DNA of 36,569 nt from a virus. The position numbers and the translations under genes were made by a program. The notes under the pieces were generated by a model that was not told where the DNA came from, ran no database searches, and was given only the letters and a program-made list of their open reading frames with translations. Below, in pieces: positions 8,254-16,968 of the stretch. The stretch lies in the UHGV virus genome UHGV-1487493. The stretch is one strand, 5' to 3'. Within the stretch, counting starts at the first letter, position 1. Each line of letters starts with the position of its first letter.

Positions 8254-9231
8254 TTACCCTTGTGTCGTAGTAGTCGTTGTTGTTGGCTGTGTCGTTGTGG
8301 TCGTCGTTTCACCACTAATTGTTGCTTCTACTACACCTTCTGGAATTTCAGGGAATAATGTTAAAGCATTCATAAACAATGATTCAAATGTTGCATTTCG
8401 TAGGGTACGTCCACGAGTCGCTGAAATAAAACCAGTTTCATCAACAAAGTCCACAAAAATATCACCTAAATCAGATGCCTTCATATCCAAGTATGCTAAT
8501 ACGATATTGTCAACGGCGGTAGAATAAACCTTTCCTTCTGGGATTGCGTTTAATACAATAACGTTTGTTGCACCTAGAAAGTTTTTCAATAAGGTCATAC
8601 CAAATACATTAGATGCATCTGCTAAGACTTTTGTATCCCCTAAGTAGGTTGCTACATCCATAGGATTTACAAAGGAAACAAATTGAGCGCCATCAAACTC
8701 TTCGAATGTGCTTAGTTTCCCCCATGATTGTGCTAACGCTTTTTGTAACCCTTCAGCTTGAATTTTAGTAGGGGCTGTACCTAAGTAGTTAACAAATTGT
8801 GATTTAATTCCACCTTGAATTTGGCGCAATAATTTTTCGTCAGATTGATCAATCGCAATAGATGCTCCATGACGAGCAATTGCTTCAGCAGTTACTGCAC
8901 GGCGCCATTTATTAAATGTTACTGTAAATGATTTTCCTTTAGCTCGAGTTACTTTGGATAAAGGAATATCATCACCTTCCGCAACATTTCCATCTTTTAA
9001 TGACGTTGTCCATTTGTACATTTGAATTTTCATATCTTTGGATAAAGGTTCTAACCGTGTTACACCTAACAACTCTAATAATTCTTTGATGCCTTTCTCA
9101 AAACGATTCACAAAATCAATGGATTTAATTTCTCCTAAATCGTCCATTTTTGTAAGGTCTGGTTCTGCCGCAAATAGTTGCAAATCCATTTTTAATAAAC
9201 GTTCTTTATTAGTTTTTGACATATTTTTCAT
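8254..9231 (-). CDS. Major capsid protein (HK97-fold type) with N-terminal L27-like cleavage motif and C-terminal poly-threonine tail
   Basis: 325 aa following the scaffold gene; AGGAGG RBS; N-terminal ...KMDLQLFAAEPD; C-terminus ...GETTTTTTQPTTTTTTTQG. Confidence 0.8.
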   Translation of the reverse strand: MKNMSKTNKERLLKMDLQLFAAEPDLTKMDDLGEIKSIDFVNRFEKGIKELLELLGVTRLEPLSKDMKIQMYKWTTSLKDGNVAEGDDIPLSKVTRAKGKSFTVTFNKWRRAVTAEAIARHGASIAIDQSDEKLLRQIQGGIKSQFVNYLGTAPTKIQAEGLQKALAQSWGKLSTFEEFDGAQFVSFVNPMDVATYLGDTKVLADASNVFGMTLLKNFLGATNVIVLNAIPEGKVYSTAVDNIVLAYLDMKASDLGDIFVDFVDETGFISATRGRTLRNATFESLFMNALTLFPEIPEGVVEATISGETTTTTTQPTTTTTTTQG

Positions 9232-9243
9232 AAGTTATTCCTC

Positions 9244-9885
9244 CTAGAATAAATCTCTATTTTGAGCAATCATTCTTTGACGCTCTTTAGAGTCTTTAAT
9301 TTGCATAATTTCTGCTTTAGTCATTTGACCACCATTATTGCCTACTCGTGTCTTATTTTTGCTAGCAAGGCGCTCGTTTACCTTTGCTTCTACAGCTTTA
9401 TCCCATTCATCACGAAATGCCTTTACATCTTCCAGAATTTCTTCAGCTGTTTCTCCGGTAATTCTATGGGCAAAATCAGAAGGCATACCTTCGGCTTTTA
9501 ACTGATTTCCTTTTTCAACGAACAGTTGCTGTTTTTGGAACTCAGCCTTTTGTTTTTCAAACTCTTCTTTTTCTTTATCAAGAATAGCTTGTTGTCGCTC
9601 TTTTTCTGAAAGTTTTGCTAAACGAGCGGCTTCATTCTTTTGTTCTTCTAAATCTTTTTGCCAACGCGATTTTTTACTCTTGATAATCTCATCAACATCT
9701 TTATCGTCTTTTAATCCGAACTTTTCTTTAATTGAAGTCAGCTGTTCTTCATCTAGTTCATCGAGATTCAATGATTTTTGTTCGTCTTCATTTTGTTGCT
9801 GATGATTATCTCCTCCACCTGAACCATTTCCATTATCTGCAGCAAAAAATTGTAATTGCATTGGTAATAAATTACATGTTTTCAT
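9244..9885 (-). CDS. Capsid scaffolding protein
   Basis: Highly charged coiled-coil protein (E/K/Q rich) upstream of the capsid gene; AAGGAG RBS before the ATG at 9885; N-terminus MKTCNLLPMQLQFFAADNG. Confidence 0.7.
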   Translation of the reverse strand: MKTCNLLPMQLQFFAADNGNGSGGGDNHQQQNEDEQKSLNLDELDEEQLTSIKEKFGLKDDKDVDEIIKSKKSRWQKDLEEQKNEAARLAKLSEKERQQAILDKEKEEFEKQKAEFQKQQLFVEKGNQLKAEGMPSDFAHRITGETAEEILEDVKAFRDEWDKAVEAKVNERLASKNKTRVGNNGGQMTKAEIMQIKDSKERQRMIAQNRDLF

Positions 9886-9981
9886 TTGACTTTCTCCTTC
9901 CATAGCTTTTATTGAGAATCAATGCTTGCTCATTTCCGTAGCTTTTTTTGTCATCCACGCCTGGACAAAATAAAAAGCCGT

Positions 9982-10329
9982 TTAAAACGACTCAACTTCT
10001 AATTCTTTGTAAATGTTTAATAATTTAGGAAACTGAATAGCAATCCAATCAACGATTTCTTCATTTCTTGGCCATTCTGCGTTATTGTCTAATCCCGATT
10101 CAAATAAAATAGCATGGATAATTTCATGGCGTATGGTTCTAGCTTCATATACATCAATTTCTTGAAAATTATCTGGATCTCCGTTATCTAACTGATTAAT
10201 AAAAATTTCTTTGGTCGTAAAATCAGTGACACCGTCTGCGCCGCGCATAAAAGGCTTGTCTGCTTCTGTTGTCTCTTTATAAATTGTGTATTCTACGCCT
10301 AACACATTAACTTTTGCTTTTTCTTTCAT
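9982..10329 (-). CDS. Small HExxH-motif protein (putative Zn-metallopeptidase-like), head module
   Basis: 115 aa, motif IRHEIIHAILFESG; AAAGGAA RBS. Confidence 0.45.
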   Translation of the reverse strand: MKEKAKVNVLGVEYTIYKETTEADKPFMRGADGVTDFTTKEIFINQLDNGDPDNFQEIDVYEARTIRHEIIHAILFESGLDNNAEWPRNEEIVDWIAIQFPKLLNIYKELEVESF

Positions 10330-10504
10330 TACTATTTTCCTTTCTCAAATGCTCTTCATAATCAGCATCCAAATAGTCATATGGATCTGGTGGTACTTCT
10401 TTTTGCTCGTAATGAATTCCTGTCTTAATCAGCATAATCGTTATTGCTAGTGAAAACCCTAAGAAAGGCATGCCAATAATTAAAGCAATAAATCTTAACA
10501 ACAT
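10307..10504 (-). CDS. Small single-pass membrane protein (65 aa)
   Basis: N-terminal hydrophobic helix FIALIIGMPFLGFSLAITIMLI, acidic C-terminus; GAGGGA RBS. Confidence 0.35.
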   Translation of the reverse strand: MLLRFIALIIGMPFLGFSLAITIMLIKTGIHYEQKEVPPDPYDYLDADYEEHLRKENSNERKSKS

Positions 10505-10505
10505 T

Positions 10506-11408
10506 TTAAATATCCCTCAATTCTTTTTTACTTGGAACGATCGTACTTCGACAATTCACGTGCATCGGTGGTGCATTTAGACCAGGTTGAAAATCTGCTA
10601 ATTTAAAGACGTCACCGTTTAGACCTTTGCATATCTCGGTAGTGCGATTGTCAATATGAGCAAGGTATTCATATTCAGTGAAACCAGCATCTATATAGCG
10701 TTTTGCCGTAGCATTATTGATAATATTCGTTCCATCTGTACGAATGATTGCTTCAGCTCTTGAACGCGCTACATTGTATTTTTTTCTTAACTCCCTTGCC
10801 ATTTCAGCAGGGCCCAATCCTCTTACAAATCCTTTAACTAAAGTATTCCTCAAGTCATTAGCTAAATCATCTACATTTCCCCAAATACTTTGCGAATAGT
10901 TTTTTCCATTGAATGGTGTATTCACTAATTGTTCTAAGGTAGGTAGATTTAAAGTACTCGCAGAATTTCCACCAGATATTTTTCTATATGCGTACTTCGC
11001 GACTTCTTTCAAATAGTCATTAAATGATTGTTCAAGATCACCGCGCATCACACCTAATTGATAAAGCAAGTCTAGCTGTAACGCCTCTAATCGAGTGACT
11101 TTTCCAGCTCTATATTGTTCATTTAAGCGTTTCAATAATTCCGGGTCTTTTTTAGCCGCTTTGAAATATTTCTTGGCATTCTCTCTATAATCACTTAAGT
11201 CCTCCCTCATGAGCCGTTTTTTTGCTTCTTGCATAGAGATTCTATTTTCTTTAGCATACTGAGTATAAAATTTATATATCTCTTTCTGGATGTTCTGGCG
11301 ATTTTCTGTGTATATAGATTGTAATTCATCGAAGAAATCTAAATCCGTTTTATCAACGTAAGCCATGATTTCATCCATACGCTTTATCCAATATTGCTGT
11401 GAAGTCAT
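10506..11408 (-). CDS. Head morphogenesis protein, phage Mu gpF / SPP1 gp7 family
   Basis: 300 aa; C-terminal hallmark ...NAPPMHVNCRSTIVP; directly downstream of portal. Confidence 0.8.
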   Translation of the reverse strand: MTSQQYWIKRMDEIMAYVDKTDLDFFDELQSIYTENRQNIQKEIYKFYTQYAKENRISMQEAKKRLMREDLSDYRENAKKYFKAAKKDPELLKRLNEQYRAGKVTRLEALQLDLLYQLGVMRGDLEQSFNDYLKEVAKYAYRKISGGNSASTLNLPTLEQLVNTPFNGKNYSQSIWGNVDDLANDLRNTLVKGFVRGLGPAEMARELRKKYNVARSRAEAIIRTDGTNIINNATAKRYIDAGFTEYEYLAHIDNRTTEICKGLNGDVFKLADFQPGLNAPPMHVNCRSTIVPSKKELRDI

Positions 11409-11420
11409 TCAATCAGCCCC

Positions 11421-11645
11421 TTAATTTGAAACGCCAGTCAGAATGCCAATAGTGAATCTTAAAGCCTGATTTTCATTAAACCCCTCATCTAAACATTTAT
11501 CAAAAAGATATTTTCCCTGCTTAGCAATAAATTCTAAACTTCTTTGCGTTTCGAAAAATGTAGCTTCAAGTGTTTGATTATTCTCATTCATCTTCATTAA
11601 TTCCTTTAGCTGCTTCTCGTTCATCGTCGTCATTCCCCATTTCAT
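11421..11645 (-). CDS. Hypothetical small protein overlapping the portal 3' end
   Basis: 74-aa ORF; weak support, may be spurious. Confidence 0.25.
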   Translation of the reverse strand: MKWGMTTMNEKQLKELMKMNENNQTLEATFFETQRSLEFIAKQGKYLFDKCLDEGFNENQALRFTIGILTGVSN

Positions 11646-13167
11646 TCTTATTCACTTCAGGCCTTCGTGGTTCTGGCTTATCATTTGTTTCTTCCTTAAT
11701 ACGTTTTAGTTCGACATCGGGATTGACACCCGTTACTGTAGACAATATTTCAAATAGTGTTTCATCTGAAACTTGTCCAACTAATTGACTAGCTAATGAA
11801 ACAATCTCGTTATCTGATTTAGGAACATTCGCAGTAAATATAATATTCGTATTATTAATATCATTGTAAGCTGTTGAATCGTTCCCTTTTATTTGCCAAA
11901 TATTAATAGCTAGGCGCAATCGTCTCATCAAACCTTTTTCAAATAAGCGCTGTTGCATAACCCGCCGATTATCCGCAGCCATTAACTTGTATTTCATACT
12001 CTCACCTGATTGTGTACCACTGAAATTGGCATCCAATGTATCTGGTGTAAAAGTAAATCGTAAAATATCATTAACCAATCTTTTCTTATAAGTCTCTGCA
12101 CCTTCTGAGTCATATTCTTTTATGAGATATTTTGCATCAGGTTCTGATCCGTTTGGATTTGGATTATCATCTAAAATCATTATTCGTGCTTTTTTGAAAG
12201 CTAAAGAAACAGCTAACCGTGAATTAGGAACAATATTACCATCTTCATCTAAGTCATTTTGAGCAGTCCCTGTGTATGGATTTCCTTTGATAAGCAAAAT
12301 AGCGTCCATTGTGTCCTGCTGATAATTAGCTAACTCAGATTGAGACAAATCATAAGCATCAATTGAATCTAAAACAGGTTCGTATGCACCTGTACGGTCT
12401 TCATTATTTGCGAATTCATTAATAGGTACGCCATTAAACGCATAATCTTCAAAGTCTAATAATGTCAATCCCTTTTTATTCTGGTTGTCATTGACATAGA
12501 TGTATAACATGTCAGATGTATAAACGTTTATAAAATCCTTACGCACCCCATCGCCATAATCTATTGAATAATAATAAACACCAAATAAAGAATTACTGTC
12601 AGTCGTATCATCATATACAATGAATGTCTGCTCTGGGTTTAATTTAACTAGTTTTACAAACGCTTGTTCATCTTGTAAAGCAATTGTTTCCAACTCGTAG
12701 GCTCTGCCATAGATTGACAAATCGGTTTTGATAAGTACGTTGTGATAGGCTTCGTTGTTTTGCTTATTGAAGTCATCGATTTTTTCTTGCAGTTCATCAT
12801 TTTCATTTTTGTACTGGACCGGCTGTCCCAACATATAGCCTTGCTCAAAAATAGTGATATATCTAGCAAAATCACTTGCTATTCTATTGTCGGCAGCGTA
12901 TTCATCAGTTTTTGGAGGACGATATTTGATGTTATTATCTGCTAAGTAATAGCGTTTAAGCTCTTTTAAACGTGGCACTTGTTCAGCAAGATGTCGATTA
13001 ACAAATCTTTTTAGTTGAGTAATCCATGTTTCACTATCAAATTCTAGGCTTTCAAAATCTTCCTGTGCCATTCTAAAAACCGCATTCGCATTTTTATGAT
13101 ACCTGTGATTTCTTAAAAACGTTACTTCATTCTTTTTATTCACTTTTTCATCCCTTTCTTTATCCAA
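11584..13167 (-). CDS. Portal protein
   Basis: 527 aa immediately downstream of (and overlapping) the large terminase; acidic C-terminal tail. Confidence 0.85.
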   Translation of the reverse strand: MDKERDEKVNKKNEVTFLRNHRYHKNANAVFRMAQEDFESLEFDSETWITQLKRFVNRHLAEQVPRLKELKRYYLADNNIKYRPPKTDEYAADNRIASDFARYITIFEQGYMLGQPVQYKNENDELQEKIDDFNKQNNEAYHNVLIKTDLSIYGRAYELETIALQDEQAFVKLVKLNPEQTFIVYDDTTDSNSLFGVYYYSIDYGDGVRKDFINVYTSDMLYIYVNDNQNKKGLTLLDFEDYAFNGVPINEFANNEDRTGAYEPVLDSIDAYDLSQSELANYQQDTMDAILLIKGNPYTGTAQNDLDEDGNIVPNSRLAVSLAFKKARIMILDDNPNPNGSEPDAKYLIKEYDSEGAETYKKRLVNDILRFTFTPDTLDANFSGTQSGESMKYKLMAADNRRVMQQRLFEKGLMRRLRLAINIWQIKGNDSTAYNDINNTNIIFTANVPKSDNEIVSLASQLVGQVSDETLFEILSTVTGVNPDVELKRIKEETNDKPEPRRPEVNKNEMGNDDDEREAAKGINEDE

Positions 13168-14452
13168 AGAAGAACTTGGCAGCGTCCATACGTTCCTCTA
13201 ATGATTGTGGATTCTTCAAGCTTAAGGTCCTAAGGAGACTGGCCGCGCTGTCTGGTGCATCGTCATGTTCTGCATTTTCTGTATAGTCCAAAATTTCGGC
13301 AATGTACTCTTTATCTGTATCTTCTAACCAAATAATCAAGTGCCAGTACTTACGCAAATAAGTAGATATTTTAATAAATTTATTCATAGATTCATGATAT
13401 TCAGTAACAAACTGACCGCACTCACGTAAATTCTTAGCTAAGTACCCTTTGTCTCCGTTCGTTTCTGTGTGGAAAGTTCCTGCCTGGTAGTGTTGATGCA
13501 ATCGCAAAATTTCAGGCAAGCAATCATCCACATGTTTCTGCCACTTCCTACCATATCCAATAATTGTTCCATCTTTTTGTTCTTTGAAGATGGTTAAGGC
13601 TGTGCTGTCATCGCCACCATAAGCCGCGTCGATGTGTGCTACACCGTTATAAATAAGATTAATACTGTCGGTATAGGTTGGTGCAGTAAATAGCGATTCA
13701 CTGTCAGCAATATGTTTTAGCTCATAGTTTGCCGCAAATAATGATGGTGTCATTGCTTGTTGCAATGCCTGACGTTGTTCTTTGTCAATTAATCCTGTTT
13801 CGTAACAATCGAATTTCTTGACGTTAGGCATTTTAGAGATTGCGTCTTCTTTGTGCCATGGTGTACCTGTGTTAATAAAACGACCACCGCGATTTTTAAC
13901 GTTCTGCAATTCTTGATACTGAAGTTTCGTTCTCTCTCGTTCAGCTCGACTGACTCGGTCTTTAATGTTAACAATGTCATCAGTAATAACGATGTCCGCA
14001 TGTTTACCAGTCAGAGAAGCGTATATTCCCATACCGAGTAATTGAGAGGTTCCTCGGCTAGATGTTTTTAAGTTGGTATCTATTTCCGTGGTGGTCTCTT
14101 TCAAAAGCACTAATTCAACGCCATATAATGCAAATACAAGCGTTTTAAAGTATTTGCTAGATAAAACCTTAGCCACTTGTAAAATAATCTCTACGACGTC
14201 AGTATCAGTCTTACGTAAGAAGATAATGTTTTTATTTGGAAAAAGAACCATCAACAATGCAATTGCAATCGCCAAGGTAGTTGTTTTAAATGAGCCACGA
14301 TGAGCCAATAACGTTTGATCGTCTTTCTCAAACAAAAAAGACTTTAACCAATCATTGTGCAATTCTCCTAAATCGTTAAACCCCACTAAATTTCCAAAAA
14401 TTACCGGGTTCGTTTTGATTAGGTTCAAATATTTTCGCTTTTTAGGGCTCAT
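13160..14452 (-). CDS. terL: Terminase large subunit
   Basis: 430 aa; N-terminal ATPase region (..AHRGSFKTT..); position between TerS and portal. Confidence 0.9.
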   Translation of the reverse strand: MSPKKRKYLNLIKTNPVIFGNLVGFNDLGELHNDWLKSFLFEKDDQTLLAHRGSFKTTTLAIAIALLMVLFPNKNIIFLRKTDTDVVEIILQVAKVLSSKYFKTLVFALYGVELVLLKETTTEIDTNLKTSSRGTSQLLGMGIYASLTGKHADIVITDDIVNIKDRVSRAERERTKLQYQELQNVKNRGGRFINTGTPWHKEDAISKMPNVKKFDCYETGLIDKEQRQALQQAMTPSLFAANYELKHIADSESLFTAPTYTDSINLIYNGVAHIDAAYGGDDSTALTIFKEQKDGTIIGYGRKWQKHVDDCLPEILRLHQHYQAGTFHTETNGDKGYLAKNLRECGQFVTEYHESMNKFIKISTYLRKYWHLIIWLEDTDKEYIAEILDYTENAEHDDAPDSAASLLRTLSLKNPQSLEERMDAAKFFFG

Positions 14453-14898
14453 GTAGAATCATCCTCGAAAAACTGCTCGATTTCGACTGCTGCATCGGAA
14501 ATATTAAGCGATCCTGAAACCTCGGTTTCTCTTCGATCTCTCCACTCATCAGGCTTTCTGTTCTTAAGCCAGAAAATTGCGGATGTAGGGTTGGGCGCCA
14601 CTTGTTTCGTTACTTTTTTGGTTACTTCCATGCCCGCTTCTGTTAATTCTTTTGTAACTTCGGTGTATTCATAACCCACCGCACTTTTAAACAGTGCATT
14701 TTCAACTTGACGATCTACAACTTCTTTTCCTCTTTTGAGGGCGGAAGAAATGGAAGAAAACCTCTTTTTCCAATCGGTAAATGTCCGTTCGGATACTCCA
14801 ACATTTTGTGCGATTTGCTTATCGACGAGGCCATCTCGTGCCCACCCTTCGATTTTAATTAACCCTTCGTCAGTCAGCCACTCTGTGTACTTTGCCAT
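14449..14898 (-). CDS. terS: Terminase small subunit (P27 / Terminase_2 type, HTH)
   Basis: 149 aa with HTH and conserved ..PNPTSAIFWLKNRKPDEWRDRRE.. region; strong RBS AGGAGGTGAGG; overlaps terL start. Confidence 0.8.
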   Translation of the reverse strand: MAKYTEWLTDEGLIKIEGWARDGLVDKQIAQNVGVSERTFTDWKKRFSSISSALKRGKEVVDRQVENALFKSAVGYEYTEVTKELTEAGMEVTKKVTKQVAPNPTSAIFWLKNRKPDEWRDRRETEVSGSLNISDAAVEIEQFFEDDST

Positions 14899-15018
14899 GA
14901 CCTCACCTCCTATGTAATTTTATGTATAAAAAGAGACACCCAGCAAGTGGATGCCTCTCGTGAAGGATAGAAACATCTATTGACGTTTCCTAATTTATTT
15001 AAGTAGCTATGCTACCTA

Positions 15019-15091
15019 TTGGCGTGACAGGATTCGAACCCGCATCTTATCTCACACGTAATCAGTTGCATTACCACAATGCTACACGCCA
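15019..15091 (-). pseudogene. tRNA-like element: perfect acceptor and T arms, non-canonical anticodon arm (degenerate tRNA or remnant)
   Basis: Minus strand TGGCGTG-TA-GCAT..ATGC-..-GCGGGTTCGAATCCTGT-CACGCCA-A: 7-bp acceptor stem, D arm, GGTTCGAATCC T-loop; the 17-nt anticodon segment cannot form a 5-bp stem. Confidence 0.4.
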
Positions 15092-15337
15092 AACCAGAAG
15101 GAGCGACCTTCTAGCAATTGCTAATAAATCAAATTAACCTTTACACACTCTCGTCAGAATGTTTTCCCATCAGGACGTAGCTTTCGCAGACTTTCACGGC
15201 TAAAATGATTATGTCACTGGCAAGGATTTGCACCTTGCATGATTAGATTTATCCGATGGGCCAAAGCCCTACATACGAACTTATACGTTGTTCCAATGTC
15301 TAATCTCACGTACGAGCGTCTACCTATTCCGCCACAG

Positions 15338-15590
15338 TGACTAAACTTAACTCTCGCAAACCTGTAGAAAAAAGAGAGAGGAAATTCACCTCACTTCTTT
15401 AGTTTTATAATTGGTGGTTTGCGAGAGAATCTAAATGAGATCACAAGTGACTAAACGAAGAAAGTAGATTTTTTTACTTCCTTGTAATCTCAAATCAAAA
15501 AAATAAGTAGGCAATCGTTCCGTTAATGTATTTGTGTAAGTGTGTCGCATTTCTTATTTTTTTGACACTATCATAATAACCCGTTTAGAA
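15338..15590. repeat. Repeat block A (homologous to block B at 16026-16185); contains a GTGACTAAAC direct repeat flanking a 12-bp inverted repeat
   Basis: GTGACTAAAC at 15338-15347 and 15448-15457; ACTCTCGCAAACC (15351-15363) / GGTTTGCGAGAG (15417-15428) inverted repeat; segments GCAAAC-TGTAGAAAAAAGAG..ATTCACCTCACTTC and CATTTCTT..TTTTGA..ATAATA shared with block B. Confidence 0.6.
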
Positions 15591-15698
15591 GGTATATGAA
15601 GTGTAGATAAAGTGTATAAAAAAGGTATAAAAAGTGTAGCAAATGGCTACTTAAAAGCAACCAATTCCAGTGCCGAAGCAAATTGAACACTGCTTATT

Positions 15699-15962
15699 TT
15701 ATATTAATTTACGAAGTGTTTTACCTTCATCATTTAAGAGCCATACTGCAACAATTTTAAAATCTTCGTAATATGGCAGGTTAATTGCAGTTGTTTGCTC
15801 CTTGCCAAATGTAATGACAATCGGGTTACTATTGTTAAAAACTTTAACTGCGTCACTATCACAAGAAGTCCCTGAAACCCCTCCGATATAGTCCACTAAA
15901 AGTTTCGCTGCTTCTTTACCTTCTAATTCTTTTTTATTAAACTTATCAATTTGCAATAACAT
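15699..15962 (-). CDS. Hypothetical protein (87 aa)
   Basis: ATG at 15962 with an AAAGGAAG RBS; located between repeat blocks B and A. Confidence 0.4.
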   Translation of the reverse strand: MLLQIDKFNKKELEGKEAAKLLVDYIGGVSGTSCDSDAVKVFNNSNPIVITFGKEQTTAINLPYYEDFKIVAVWLLNDEGKTLRKLI

Positions 15963-16025
15963 ATAAATCTTCCTTTCTGTCTGTCTTTTTTTGCATATGC
16001 TAGCAATCGCCAAATATATCCCTTG

Positions 16026-16185
16026 CAAACTTGTAGAAAAAAGAGGAGGTTATTCACCTCACTTCATTTTATTGAGAACGTATGTCTGCAAGTGACCATC
16101 GAAAGACAAAGTGAACGGTGACTAAACGAGAAAGTGTGTACTGTGTCCATTTCTTTGACTTTTGATACTACCATAATACAACGGA
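16026..16185. repeat. Repeat block B (homologous to block A)
   Basis: GCAAACTTGTAGAAAAAAGAGGAGG..ATTCACCTCACTTC; GTGACTAAACGAGAAAGT at 16117; CATTTCTTTGACTTTTGATACTACCATAATA. Confidence 0.6.
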
Positions 16186-16223
16186 TTTCGAGTTAAAAAC
16201 CCTAAATAATCCCTAAAAAAACC

Positions 16224-16715
16224 CTAATTTTTTTGAACTATCAAATTTTCGTAATGGTAGGCTTCCGCAAATTCAATTAACGCATTGTCTTTCAGCTTTT
16301 CAATATTTTTAATGCTATAGCTTATTTCTTCCACTTGGCCAAACTCGTTTTCACGATATACTTTTATTGTTCTACTCAACTTAGCCATGCTGTATGGATT
16401 CGGTACACAATATGAATAGTATAATATTTCTCTCGAGACATCAGGCAACGATTTTAACGTATGCTCTATCGCTCTGACTTGCTCTCTACGTTGTCTAGCT
16501 GCCTCTATTGATAACTTAGACGTGTCTCTAAATAAATGAACCATACTTTCCTCAGCATTATTTCTGTTACTATGGTGTCGCGGCATATCAGATAATATAG
16601 GAGATTGCAAATGTACTTTTACACCACTCATTCGTTGTAGGCTTCGACAATTTTTTAATAATCTACGAACTTTATCTTTTGTTTTTTTGTAATCTATTTC
16701 TGGTACCAACGTCAT
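16224..16715 (-). CDS. arpU: ArpU-family phage late transcriptional regulator
   Basis: 163 aa; position upstream of the packaging genes; sequence characteristic of the ArpU family (..SDMPRHHSNRNNAEESMV..). Confidence 0.75.
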   Translation of the reverse strand: MTLVPEIDYKKTKDKVRRLLKNCRSLQRMSGVKVHLQSPILSDMPRHHSNRNNAEESMVHLFRDTSKLSIEAARQRREQVRAIEHTLKSLPDVSREILYYSYCVPNPYSMAKLSRTIKVYRENEFGQVEEISYSIKNIEKLKDNALIEFAEAYHYENLIVQKN

Positions 16716-16768
16716 AGCCTTGACTCCTCCTATATGGTATAATATTTTATGTGAAACATACCATCATT

Positions 16769-16800
16769 AGGAGTTACTTAGCGGAAACTGAGTAACTCCT
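16769..16800. other. Hairpin 1 (10-bp stem, loop TAGCGGAAACTG)
   Basis: AGGAGTTACT / AGTAACTCCT inverted repeat. Confidence 0.6.
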
Positions 16801-16895
16801 TTAATTTATGCAAATATACAAATGAAAGCTTATTCTTTGCTATTTAACCATTACTTATGATATTAATTATATTAAGAATAATATTCCAATAGTTA

Positions 16896-16921
16896 TTCAC
16901 TTCTCAGCCAGTCGGCGGAAA
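16896..16921. other. Hairpin 2 (9-bp stem, loop GCGGAAAA)
   Basis: AGCCAGTCG / CGACTGGCT inverted repeat. Confidence 0.6.
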
Positions 16922-16968
16922 ACGACTGGCTATTTATCTGGTAGAATATTCATCACTAATATGGTTTT

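Noticed and set aside
9244-13167. Searched the head module for a prohead protease (HK97/ClpP/S49-like) gene
   Set aside because: None of the ORFs between portal and scaffold has protease-like size or motifs (only a 115-aa HExxH protein), which is consistent with host Prp processing. Absence cannot be proven by eye.
15563-15590. TTGACA...ATAATA on the plus strand of block A as a plus-strand promoter
   Set aside because: The spacing between the hexamers is 5-12 nt in the two block copies and is inconsistent, so it was not called.
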